64,000 nt of DNA from Eledone cirrhosa (taxonomy: Eukaryota): positions 113,708,001-113,772,000 of the forward strand of contig OZ024744.1 in the NCBI GenBank assembly GCA_964016885.1, given 5' to 3'. The position numbers and the translations under genes were made by a program. The notes below the pieces were generated by a model. That model did no database searches and was not told the origin of the DNA. It saw nothing but the letters and a program-made list of their open reading frames with translations. How positions within the stretch are numbered: the first letter of the stretch is position 1; each line of letters starts with the position of its first letter. Below are positions 30,530-46,329 of this stretch, in pieces.

Positions 30530-33500
30530 ATTGTCATCACCATCAACAGTAACAACATTGTCATCACCATCAACAGTTATAACATTGTCATCACCATCAA
30601 CAGTAGTAACATCGTCATCACTATCAACAGTAGTAACATTGTCATCACCATCAACAGTAGTAACACTGTCATCACCATCAACAGTAACAACATTGTCATC
30701 ACCATCAACAGTAGTAACATTGTCATCACCATCAACAGTAACAACTGTCATCACCATCAACAGTAGTAACACTGTCATCACCATCAACAGTAACAACATT
30801 GTCATCACCATCAACAGTAGTAACATTGTCATCACCATCATCAGTAACAACATTGTCATCACCATCAACAGTAGTAACATTGTCATCACCATCAACAGTA
30901 GTACCATTGTCATCACCATCAACAGTAGTAACATTGTCATCACCATCAACAGTAGTAACATTGTCATCACCATCAACAGTAACAACATTGTCATCATCAT
31001 CAACAGTAACAACATTGTCATCACCATCAACAGTAACATTGTCATCACCATCAACAGTAACAACACTGTCATCACCATCAACAGTAGTAACATTGTCATC
31101 ACCATCAACAGTAGTAACATTGTCATCACCATCAACAGTACCAACATTGTCATCACCATCAACAGTAACAACATTGTCATCACCATCAACACAAACAACA
31201 CTGTCATCACCACCAACAGTAGTAACACTGTCATCACCATCAACAGTAACAACATTGTCATCACCATCAACAGTACTAACATTGTCATCACCATCAACAG
31301 TAGTAACACTGCCATCACCATTAACAACATTGTCATCACCATCAACAACATTGTCATCACCATCAACAGTAACAACATTGTCATCACCATCAACAGTAGC
31401 AACATTGTCATCACCATCAACAGTAGTAACAATGTCATCACCATCAACAGTAACAACATTGTCATCACCATCAACAGTAGTAACATTGTCATCACCATCA
31501 ACAGTAACAACACTGTCATCACCATCAACAGTAACAACACTGCCATCACCATCAACAGTAACAACACTGTCATCACTATCAACAGTAACAACATTGTCAT
31601 CACCATCAACAGTAACAATATTGTCATCACCATCAATAGTAACATTGTCATCACCATCAACAGTAGTAACACTGTCATCACCATCAACAGTAACAACATT
31701 GTCATCACCATCAACAATAGTAACACTGTCATCACCATCAACAGTAACAACATTGTCATCACCATCAACAGTAATAACATTGTCATCACCATCAACACTA
31801 ACAACACTGTAATCACCATCAACAGTAACAACATTGTCATCACCATCAACAGTCACAACATTGTCATCACCATCAACAGTAACAACATTGTCATCACCAT
31901 CAACAGTAGTAACATTGTCATCACCATCAACAGTAGTAACATTGTCATCACCATTAACAGTAGTAACACTGTCACCACCATCAACAGTAACAACATTGTC
32001 ATCACCATCAACAGTAACAACATTGTCATCACCATCAACAGTAACAACACTGTCATCAGCATCAACAGTAACAACATTGTCATCACCATCAACATTAGTA
32101 ACATTGTCATCACCATCAACAGTAGTGACACCGCCTCACCATCAACAGTAACAACATTGTCATCACCATCAACAGTAACAACATTGTCATCACCATCAAC
32201 AGTAACAACACTGTCATCACCAACAACAGTAACACCATTGTCATCACCATCAACAGTAGTAACATTGTCATCACCATCAACAGTAGTAACACCGTCTCAA
32301 CATCAACAGTAACAACATTGTCATCACCATCAACAGTAACAACATTGTCATCACCATCAACAGTAACAACACTGTCATCACCATCAACAGTAACAACATT
32401 GTCATCACCATCAACAGTAGTAACATTGTCATCACCATCAACAGTAGTAACACCGTCTCAACATCAACAGTAACAACATTGTCATCACCATCAACAGTAA
32501 CAACATTGTCATCACCATCAACATCAACAGTAGTAACATTGTCATCACCATCAACAGTAACAACACTGCCATCACTATCAACAGTACCAACATTGTCATC
32601 ACCATCAACAGTAACAACATTGTCATCACCATCAACAGTAGTAACATTGTCATCACCATCAACAGTAGTAACATTGTCATCACCATCAACAGTAACAACA
32701 TTGTCATCACCATCAACAGTAACAACATTGTCATCACCATCAACAGTAACAATATTGTCATCACCATCAACAGTAACATTGTCATCACCATCAACAGTAG
32801 TAACACTGTCATCACCATCAACAGTAACAACATTGTCATCACCATCAACAGTAGTAACATTGTCATCACCATCAACAGTAACAACATTGTCATCACCATC
32901 AACAATAGTAACACTGTCATCACCATCAACAGTAACAACATTGTCATCACCATCAACACTAACAACACTGTAATCACCATCAACAGTAACAACATTGTCA
33001 TCACCATCAACAGTCACAACATTGTCATCACCATCAACAGTAACAACATTGTCATCACCATCAACAGTAGTAACATTGTCATCACCATCAACAGTAGTAA
33101 CATTGTCATCACCATCAACAGTAGTAACACTGTCATCACCATCAACAGTAACAACATTGTCATCACCATCAACAGTAACAACATTGTCATCACCATCAAC
33201 AGTAACAACACTGTCATCACCATTAACAGTAACAACATTGTCATCACCATCAACAGTAACAACATTGTCATCACCATCAACAGTAGTAACATTGTCATCA
33301 CCATCAACAGTAGTAACACTGTCTCACCATCAACAGTAACAACATTGTCATCACCATCAACAGTAACAACATTGTCATCACCATCAACAGTAACAACACT
33401 GTCATCACCATCAATAGTAACAACATTGTCATCACCATCAACAGTAGTAACATTGTCCTCACCATCAACAGTAGTAACACCGTCTCACCATCAACAGTAA

Positions 33501-36500
33501 CAACATTGTCATCACCATCAACAGTAACAACATTGTCATCACCATCAACATCAACAGTAGTAACATTGTCATCACCATCAACAGTAACAACACTGCCATC
33601 ACTATCAACAGTACCAACATTGTCATCACCATCAACAGTAACAACATTGTCATCACCATCAACAGTAGTAACATTGTCATCACCATCAACAGTAGTAACA
33701 TTGTCATCACCATCAACAGTAACAACATTGTCATCACCATCAACATCAACAGTAGTAACATTGTCATCACCATCAACAGTAACATTTTCATCACCATCAA
33801 CAGTAACAACATTGTCATCAACATCAACAGTAGTAACATTGTCATCACCATCAACAGTAGTAACATTGTCATCACCATCAACAGTAACAACATTGTCATC
33901 ACCATCAACAGTTATAACATTGTCATCACCATCAACAGTAGTAACATCGTCATCACTATCAACAGTAGTAACATTGTCATCACCATCAACAGTAGTAACA
34001 CTGTCATCACCATCAACAGTAACAACATTGTCATCACCATCAACAGTAGTAACATTGTCATCACCATCAACAGTAACAACTGTCATCACCATCAACAGTA
34101 GTAACACTGTCATCACCATCAACAGTAACAACATTGTCATCACCATCAACAGTAGTAACATTGTCATCACCATCATCAGTAACAACATTGTCATCACCAT
34201 CAACAGTAGTAACATTGTCATCACCATCAACAGTAGTACCATTGTCATCACCATCAACAGTAGTAACATTGTCATCACCATCAACAGTAGTAACATTGTC
34301 ATCACCATCAACAGTAACAACATTGTCATCATCATCAACAGTAACAACATTGTCATCACCATCAACAGTAACATTGTCATCACCATCAACAGTAACAACA
34401 CTGTCATCACCATCAACAGTAGTAACATTGTCATCACCATCAACAGTAGTAACATTGTCATCACCATCAACAGTACCAACATTGTCATCACCATCAACAG
34501 TAACAACATTGTCATCACCATCAACACAAACAACACTGTCATCACCACCAACAGTAGTAACACTGTCATCACCATCAACAGTAACAACATTGTCATCACC
34601 ATCAACAGTACTAACATTGTCATCACCATCAACAGTAGTAACACTGCCATCACCATTAACAACATTGTCATCACCATCAACAACATTGTCATCACCATCA
34701 ACAGTAACAACATTGTCATCACCATCAACAGTAGCAACATTGTCATCACCATCAACAGTAGTAACAATGTCATCACCATCAACAGTAACAACATTGTCAT
34801 CACCATCAACAGTAGTAACATTGTCATCACCATCAACAGTAACAACACTGTCATCACCATCAACAGTAACAACACTGCCATCACCATCAACAGTAACAAC
34901 ACTGTCATCACTATCAACAGTAACAACATTGTCATCACCATCAACAGTAACAATATTGTCATCACCATCAATAGTAACATTGTCATCACCATCAACAGTA
35001 GTAACACTGTCATCACCATCAACAGTAACAACATTGTCATCACCATCAACAATAGTAACACTGTCATCACCATCAACAGTAACAACATTGTCATCACCAT
35101 CAACAGTAATAACATTGTCATTACCATCAACACTAACAACACTGTAATCACCATCAACAGTAACAACATTGTCATCACCATCAACAGTCACAACATTGTC
35201 ATCACCATCAACAGTAACAACATTGTCATCACCATCAACAGTAGTAACATTGTCATCACCATCAACAGTAGTAACATTGTCATCACCATTAACAGTAGTA
35301 ACACTGTCACCACCATCAACAGTAACAACATTGTCATCACCATCAACAGTAACAACATTGTCATCACCATCAACAGTAACAACACTGTCATCAGCATCAA
35401 CAGTAACAACATTGTCATCACCATCAACATTAGTAACATTGTCATCACCATCAACAGTAGTGACACCGCCTCACCATCAACAGTAACAACATTGTCATCA
35501 CCATCAACAGTAACAACATTGTCATCACCATCAACAGTAACAACACTGTCATCACCAACAACAGTAACACCATTGTCATCACCATCAACAGTAGTAACAT
35601 TGTCATCACCATCAACAGTAGTAACACCGTCTCAACATCAACAGTAACAACATTGTCATCACCATCAACAGTAACAACATTGTCATCACCATCAACAGTA
35701 ACAACACTGTCATCACCATCAACAGTAACAACATTGTCATCACCATCAACAGTAGTAACATTGTCATCACCATCAACAGTAGTAACACCGTCTCAACATC
35801 AACAGTAACAACATTGTCATCACCATCAACAGTAACAACATTGTCATCACCATCAACATCAACAGTAGTAACATTGTCATCACCATCAACAGTAACAACA
35901 CTGCCATCACTATCAACAGTACCAACATTGTCATCACCATCAACAGTAACAACATTGTCATCACCATCAACAGTAGTAACATTGTCATCACCATCAACAG
36001 TAGTAACATTGTCATCACCATCAACAGTAACAACATTGTCATCACCATCAACAGTAACAACATTGTCATCACCATCAACAGTAACAATATTGTCATCACC
36101 ATCAACAGTAACATTGTCATCACCATCAACAGTAGTAACACTGTCATCACCATCAACAGTAACAACATTGTCATCACCATCAACAGTAGTAACATTGTCA
36201 TCACCATCAACAGTAACAACATTGTCATCACCATCAACAATAGTAACACTGTCATCACCATCAACAGTAACAACATTGTCATCACCATCAACACTAACAA
36301 CACTGTAATCACCATCAACAGTAACAACATTGTCATCACCATCAACAGTCACAACATTGTCATCACCATCAACAGTAACAACATTGTCATCACCATCAAC
36401 AGTAGTAACATTGTCATCACCATCAACAGTAGTAACATTGTCATCACCATCAACAGTAGTAACACTGTCATCACCATCAACAGTAACAACATTGTCATCA

Positions 36501-37220
36501 CCATCAACAGTAACAACATTGTCATCACCATCAACAGTAACAACACTGTCATCACCATTAACAGTAACAACATTGTCATCACCATCAACAGTAACAACAT
36601 TGTCATCACCATCAACAGTAGTAACATTGTCATCACCATCAACAGTAGTAACACTGTCTCACCATCAACAGTAACAACATTGTCATCACCATCAACAGTA
36701 ACAACATTGTCATCACCATCAACAGTAACAACACTGTCATCACCATCAATAGTAGTAACATTGTCATCACCATCAACAGTAGTAACATTGTCCTCACCAT
36801 CAACAGTAGTAACACCGTCTCACCATCAACAGTAACAACATTGTCATCACCATCAACAGTAACAACATTGTCATCACCATCAACATCAACAGTAGTAACA
36901 TTGTCATCACCATCAACAGTAACAACACTGCCATCACTATCAACAGTACCAACATTGTCATCACCATCAACAGTAACAACATTGTCATCACCATCAACAG
37001 TAGTAACATTGTCATCACCATCAACAGTAGTAACATTGTCATCACCATCAACAGTAACAACATTGTCATCACCATCAACATCAACAGTAGTAACATTGTC
37101 ATCACCATCAACAGTAACATTTTCATCACCATCAACAGTAACAACATTGTCATCAACATCAACAGTAGTAACATTGTCATCACCATCAACAGTAGTAACA
37201 TTGTCATCACCATCAACAGT
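30530..37220. repeat. Tandem higher-order repeat, two near-identical copies of 3335 bp
   Basis: GTTATAAC at 30576/33911; ORF pairs 30799/34134, 32277/35612 and 32995/36330 are all offset 3335; few differences (e.g. GTCATTACC near 35120). Confidence 0.92.
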
Positions 37221-40200
37221 ATGAACATTGTCATCACCATCAACAGTAACAACATTGTCATCACCATCAACAGTAGTAACAATGTCATCACTATCAACAG
37301 TAACAACTTTGTCATCACCATCAACAGTAGTAACATTGTCATCACCATCAACAGTAACAACACTGTCATCACCATCAACAGTAACAGCACTGTCATCACC
37401 ATCAACAGTAACAACATTGTCATCACCATCAACAGTAGTAACATTGTCATCACCATCAACAGTAACAACACTGTCATCAGCATCAACAGTAACAACATTG
37501 TCATCACCATCAACATTAGTAACATTGTCATCACCATCAACAGTAGTGACACCGCCTCACCATCAACAGTAACAACATTGTCATCACCATCAACAGTAAC
37601 AACATTGTCATCACCATCAACAGTAACAACATTGTCATCACCATCAACAGTAACAACACTGTCATCACCATCAACAGTAACACCATTGTCATCACCATCA
37701 ACAGTAGTAACATTGTCATCACCATCAACAGTAGTAACACCGTCTCAACATCAACAGTAACAACATTGTCATCACCATCAACAGTAACAACATTGTCATC
37801 ACCATCAACAGTAACAACACTGTCATCACCATCAACAGTAACAACATTGTCATCACCATCAACAGTAGTAACATTGTCATCACCATCAACAGTAGTAACA
37901 CCGTCTCAACATCAACAGTAACAACATTGTCATCACCATCAACAGTAACAACATTGTCATCACCATCAACATCAACAGTAGTAACATTGTCATCACCATC
38001 AACAGTAACAACACTGCCATCACTATCAACAGTACCAACATTGTCATCACCATCAACAGTAACAACATTGTCATCACGCTCAACAGTAACAACATTGTCA
38101 TCACCATCAACAGTTATAACATTGTCATCACCATCAACAGTAGTAACATTGTCATCACCATCAACAGTAGTAACACTGTCATCACCATCAACAGTAACAA
38201 CATTGTCATCACCATCAACAGTAGTAACATTGTCATCACCATCAACAGAAACAACAGTCATCACCATCAACAGTAGTAACACTGTCATCACCATCAACAG
38301 TAACAACATAGTCATCACCATCAACAGTAGTAACATTGTCATCACCATCATCAGTAACAACATTGTCATCACCATCAACAGTAACAACATTGTCATCACC
38401 ATCATCAGTAACAACATTGTCATCACCATCAACAGTAACAACATTGTCATCACCATCAACAGTAACAACACTGTCATCACCATCAACAGTAAGAACACTG
38501 TCATCACTATCAACAGTAACAACATTGTCATCACCATCAACAGTAACAATATTGTCATCACCATCAACAGTAACATTGTCATCACCATCAACAGTAGTAA
38601 CACTGTCATCACCATCAACAGTAACAACATTGTCATCACCATCAACAGTAGTAACATTGTCATCACCATCAACAGTAACAACATTGTCATCACCATCAAC
38701 AATAGTAACACTGTCATCACCATCAACAGTAACAACATTGTCATCACCATCAACACTAACAACACTGTAATCACCATCAACAGTAACAACATTGTCATCA
38801 CCATCAACAGTCACAACATTGTCATCACCATCAACAGTAACAACATTGTCATCACCATCAACAGTAGTAACATTGTCATCACCATCAACAGTAGTAACAT
38901 TGTCATCACCATCAACAGTAGTAACACTGTCATCACCATCAACAGTAACAACATTGTCATCACCATCAACAGTAACAACATTGTCATCACCATCAACAGT
39001 AACAACACTGTCATCACCATTAACAGTAACAACATTGTCATCACCATCAACAGTAACAACATTGTCATCACCATCAACAGTAGTAACATTGTCATCACCA
39101 TCAACAGTAGTAACACTGTCTCACCATCAACAGTAACAACATTGTCATCACCATCAACAGTAACAACATTGTCATCACCATCAACAGTAACAACACTCTC
39201 ATCACCATCAATAGTAACAACATTGTCATCACCATCAACAGTAGTAACATTGTCCTCACCATCAACAGTAGTAACACCGTCTCACCATCAACAGTAACAA
39301 CATTGTCATCACCATCAACATCAACAGTAGTAACATTGTCATCACCATCAACAGTAACAACACTGCCATCACTATCAACAGTACCAACATTGTCATCACC
39401 ATCAACCGTAACAACATTGTCATCACCATCAACAGTAGTAACATTGTCATCACCATCAACAGTAACAACATTGTCATCACCATCAACAGTAACAACATTG
39501 TCATCACCATCAACATCAACAGTAGTAACATTGTCATCACCATCAACAGTAACATTTTCATCACCATCAACAGTAACAACATTGTCATCAACATCAACAG
39601 TAGTAACATTGTCATCACCATCAACAGTAGTAACATTGTCATCACCATCAACAGTATGAACATTGTCATCACCATCAACAGTAACAACATTGTCATCACC
39701 ATCAACAGTAGTAACAATGTCATCACTATCAACAGTAACAACTTTGTCATCACCATCAACAGTAGTAACATTGTCATCACCATCAACAGTAACAACACTG
39801 TCATCACCATCAACAGTAACAGCACTGTCATCACCATCAACAGTAACAACATTGTCATCACCATCAACAGTAGTAACATTGTCATTACCATCAACAGTAA
39901 CAACATTGTCATCACCATCAACAATAGTAATACTGTCATCACCATCAACAGTAACAACATTGTCATCACCATCAACACTAACAACACTGTCATCACCATC
40001 AACAGTAACAACATTGTCATCACCATCAACAGTAACAACATTGTCATCACCATCAACAGTAACAACATTGTCATCACCATCAACAGTAACAACATTGTCA
40101 TCACCATCAACAGTAACAACAGTCATCACCATCAACAGTAGTAACATTGTCATCACCATCATCAGTAACAACATTGTCATCACCATCAACAGTAGTAACA

Positions 40201-43200
40201 TTGTCATCACCATCAACAGTAGTACCATTGTCATCACCATCAACAGTAGTAACATTGTCATCACCACCAACAGTAGTAACACTGTCATCACCATCAACAT
40301 TAACAACATTGTCATCACCATCAACAGTAGCAACATTGTCATCACCATCAACAGTAACAACACTGTCATCACCATCAACAGTAACAACACTCATCACCAT
40401 CAACAGTAACAACACTGTCATCACCATCAACAGTAGTAACATTGTCATCACCATCAACAGTAACAACACTGCCATCACCATCAACAGTAACAACACTGTC
40501 ATCACTATCAACAGTAACAACATTGTCATCACCATCAACAACATTGTCATCACCATCAACAGTAACAACATTGTCATCACCATCAACAGTAGCAACATTG
40601 TCATCACCATCATCAGTAACAACATTGTCATCACCATCAACAGTAACAACATTGTCATCACCATCAACAGTAGTAACATTGTCATCACCATCAACAGTAA
40701 CAACATAGTCATCACCATCAACAGTAGTAACATTGTCATCACCATCATCAGTAACAACATTGTCATCACCATCAACAGTAACAACATTGTCATCACCATC
40801 AACAGTAGTAACATTGTCATCACCATCAACAGTAGTACCATTGTCATCACCATCAACAGTAGTAACATTGTCATCACCATCAACAGTAGTAACATTGTCA
40901 TCACCATCAACAGTAACAACACTGTCATCACCATCAACAGTAACAACGTTGTCATCACCATCAACAGTAGTAACAATGTCATCACCATCAACAGTAGTAA
41001 CATTGTCATCACCATCAACAGTAGTAACACTGTCATCACCATCAACAGTAACAACATTGTCATCACCATCAACAGTAGTAACATTGTCATCACCATCAAC
41101 AGTAACAACACTGTCATCACCATCAACAGTAACAACATTGTCATCACCATCAACAGTAGTAACATTGCCATCACCATCAACAGTAATAACATTGTCATCA
41201 CCATCAACAGTAGTAACATTGTCATCACCATCAACAGTAACAACACTGTCATCACCATCAACAGTAACAACATTGTCATCACCATCAACAGTAGTAACAA
41301 TGTCATCACCATCAACAGTAACAACATTGTCATCACCATCAACAGTAGTAACATTGTCATCACCATCAACAGTAACAACACTGTCATCACCATCAACAAC
41401 ACTGTCATCACCATCAACAGTAACAACATTGTCATCACCATCAACAGTAGTAACATTGTCATCACCATCAACAGTAACAACATTGTCATCACCATCAACA
41501 ATAGTAACACTGTCATCACCATCAACAGTAACAACATTGTCATCACCATCAACACTAACAACACTGTCATCACCATCAACAACATTGTCATCACCATCAA
41601 CAGTAACAACATTGTCATCACCATCAACAGTAACAACATTGTCATCACCATCAACAGTAACAACATTGTCATCACCATCAACAGTTATAACATTGTCATC
41701 ACCATCAACAGTAGTAACATTGTCATCACCATCAACAGTAGTAACATTGTCATCACCATCAACAGTAACAACAGTCATCACCATCAACAGTAGTAACACT
41801 GTCATCACCATCAACAGTAACAACATTGTCATCACCATCAACAGTAGTAACATTGTCATCACCATCATCAGTAACAACATTGTCATCACCATCAACAGTA
41901 ACAACATTGTCATCACCATCAACAGTAGTAACATTGTCATCACCATCAACAGTAGTACCATTGTCATCACCATCAACAGTAGTAACATTGTCATCACCAT
42001 CAACAGTAGTAACATTGTCATCACCATCAACTTTAACAACACTGTCATCACCATCAACAGTAACAATATTGTCATCACCATCAACAGTAGTAACAATGTC
42101 ATCACCATCAACAGTAGTAACATTGTCATCACCATCAACAGTAGTAACACTGTCATCACCATCAACAGTAGTAACACTGTCATCACCATCAACAGTAACA
42201 ACATTGTCATCACCATCAACAGTAACAACATTGTCATCACCATCAACAGTAACAACACTGTCATCACCATCAACAGTAACAATATTGTCATCACCATCAA
42301 CAGTAACATTGTCATCACCATCAACAGTAGTAACATTGTCATCACCATCAACAGTAACAACACTGTCATCACCATCAACAGTAACAACATTGTCATCACC
42401 ATCAACAGTAGTAACATTGTCATCACCATCAACAGTAACAACACTGTCATCACCATCAACAGTAACAACATTGTCATCACCATCAACAACACTGTCATCA
42501 CCATCAACAGTAGTAACATTGTCATCACCATCAACAGAAATAACATTGTCATCACCATCAACAGTAGTAACACTCATCACCATCAACAGTAACAACACTG
42601 CCATCACTATCAACAGTACCAACATTGTCATCACCATCAACAGTAACAACATTGTCATCACCATCAACAGTAGTAACATTGTCATCACCATCAACAGTAG
42701 TAACATTGTCATCACCATCAACAGTAACAACATTGTCATCACCATCAACAGTAACAACATTGTCATCAACATCAACAGTAGTAACATTGTCATTACCATC
42801 AACAGTAACATTTTCATCACCATCAACAGTAGTAACATTGTCATCACCATCAACAGTAACAACACTGTCATCACCATCAACAGTAACAACACTGTCATCA
42901 CCATCAACAGTAACAACATTGTCATCACCATCAACAGTAGTAACATTGTCATCACCATCAACAGTAACAACATTGTCATCACCATCAACAATAGTAACAC
43001 TGTCATCACCATCAACAGTAACAACATTGTCATCACCATCAACACTAACAACACTGTCATCACCACCAACAGTAACAACATTGTCATCACCATCAACAGT
43101 AACAACATTGTCATCACCATCAACAGTAACAACATTGTCATCACCATCAACAGTAACAACATTGTCATCACCATCAACAGTTATAACATTGTCATCACCA

Positions 43201-46200
43201 TCAACAGTAGTAACATTGTCATCACTATCAACAGTAGTAACATTGTCATCACCATCAACAGTAGTAACACTGTCATCACCATCAACAGTAACAACATTGT
43301 CATCACCATCAACAGTAACAACATTGTCATCACCATCAACAGTAACAACATTGTCATCACCATCAACAGTAACAACACTGTCATCACCATCAACAGTAGT
43401 AACATTGTCATCACCATCAACAGTACCAACATTGTCATCACCATCAACTGTAACAACATTGTCATCACCATCAACACAAACAACTCTGTCATCACCAACA
43501 ACAGTAGTAACACTGTCATCACCATCAACAGTAACAACATTGTCATCACCATCAACAGTACTAACATTGTCATCACCATCAACAGTAGTAACACTGCCAT
43601 CACCATTAACAACATTGTCATCACCATCAACAGTAACAACATTGTCATCACCATCAACAGTAGCAACATTGTCATCACCATCAACAGTAACAACATTGTC
43701 ATCACCATCAACAGTAGTAACAATGTCATCACCATCAACAGTAGTAACATTGTCATCACCATCAACAGTAACAACACTGTCATCACCATCAACAGTAACA
43801 ACACTGTCATCACTATCAACAGTAACAACATTGTCATCACCATCACCATCAACAGTAACATTGTCATCACCATCAATAGTAGTAACACTGTCATCACCAT
43901 CAACAGTAACAACATTGTCATCACCATCAACAATAGTAACACTGTCATCACCATCAACAGTAATAACATTGTCATCACCATCAACGCTAACAACACTGTA
44001 ATCACCATCAACAGTAACAACATTGTCATCACCATCAACAGTCACAACATTGTCATCACCATCAACAGTAACAACATTGTCATCACCATCAACAGTAGTA
44101 ACATTGTCATCACCATCAACAGTAATAAATTGTCATCACCATCAACAGTAGTAACACTGTCATCACCATCAACAGTAACAACATTGTCATCACCATCAAC
44201 AGTAACAACATTGTCATCACCATCAACTGTAACAACACTGTCATCACCATCAACAGTAACAACATTGTAATAACCATCAACAGTAACAACATTGTCATCA
44301 CCATCAACAGTAGTAACATTGTCATCACCATCAACAGTAGTAACACCGTCTCACCATCAACAGTAACAACATTGTCATCACCATCAACAGTAACAACATT
44401 GTCATCACCATCAACAGTAGTAACATTGTCATCACCATCAACAGTAGTAACACCGTCTCAACATCAACAGTAACAACATTGTCATCACCATCAACAGTAA
44501 CAACATTGTCATCACCATCAATATCAACAGTAGTAACATTGTCATCACCATCAACAGTAACAACACTGCCATCACTATCAACAGTACCAACATTGTCATC
44601 ACCATCAACAGTAACAACATTGTCATCACCATCAACAGTAACAACATTGTCATCACCATCAACAGTAACAACATTGTCATCACCATCAACAGTTATAACA
44701 TTGTCATCACCATCAACAGTAGTAACATTGTCATCACCATCAACAGTAGTAACATTGTCATCACCATCAACAGTAACAACACTGTCATCACCATCAACAG
44801 TAACAACATTGTCATCACCATCAACAGTAGTAACAATGTCATCACCATCAACAGTAACAACATTGTCATCACCATCAACAGTAACAACACTGTCATCACC
44901 ATCAACAGTAACAACACTGTCATCACCATCAACAGTAACAACATTGTCATCTCCATCAACAGTAGTAACATTGTCATCACCATCAACAGTAACAACATTG
45001 TCATCACCATCAACAATAGTAACACTGTCATCACCATCAACAACATTGTCATCACCATCAACACTAACAACACTGTCATCACCATCAACAGTAACAACAT
45101 TGTCATCACCATCAACAGTAACAACATTGTCATCACCATCAACAGTTATAACATTGTCATCACCATCAACAGTAGTAACATTGTCATCACCATCAACAGT
45201 AGTAACACTGTCATCACCATCAACAGTAACAACATTGTCATCACCATCAACAGTAGTAACATTGTCATCACCATCAACAGTAACAACATTGTCATCACCA
45301 TCAACAGTAACAACATTGTCATCACCATCAACAGTAACAACACTGTCATCACCATCAACAGTAACAACATTGTAATCACCATCAACAGTAACAACATTGT
45401 CATCAGCATCAACAGTTACAACATTGTCATCACCATCAACAGTAGTAACATTGTCATCACTATCAACAGTAGTAACATTGTCATCACCATCAACAGTAGT
45501 AACACTGTCATCACCATGAACAGTAACAACATTGTCATCACCATCAACAGTAACAACATTGTCATCACCATCAACAGTAACAACACTGTCATCACCATCA
45601 ACAGTAACAACATTGTAATCACCATCAACAGTAACAACATTGTCATCACCATCAACAGTAGTAACATTGTCATCACCATCAACAGTAGTAACACCGTCTC
45701 ACCATCAACAGTAACAACATTGTCATCACCATCAACAGTAACAACATTGTCATCACCATCAACAGTAACAACACTGTCATCACCATCAACAGTAACAACA
45801 TTGTCATCACCATCAACAGTAGTAACATTGTCATCACCATCAACAGTAGTAACACCGTCTCAACATCAACAGTAACAACATTGTCATCACCATCAACAGT
45901 AACAACATTGTCATCACCATCAATATCAACAGTAGTAACATTGTCATCACCATCAAGAGTAACAATACTGCCATCACTAACAACAGTACCAACATTGTCA
46001 TCACCATCAACAGTAACAACATTGTCATCACCATCAACAGTAACAACATTGTCATCACCATCAACAGTAACAACATTGTCATCACCATCAACAGTTATAA
46101 CATTGTCATCACCATCAACAGTAGTAACATTGTCATCACCATCAACAGTAGTAACACTGTCATCACCATCAACAGTAACAACATTGTCATCACCATCAAC

Positions 46201-46329
46201 AATAGTAACATTGTCATCACCATCAACAGTAACAACAGTCATCACCATCAACAGTAGTAACACTGTCATCACCATCAACAGTAACAACATTGTCATCACC
46301 ATCAACAGTAGTAACATTGTCATCACCAT

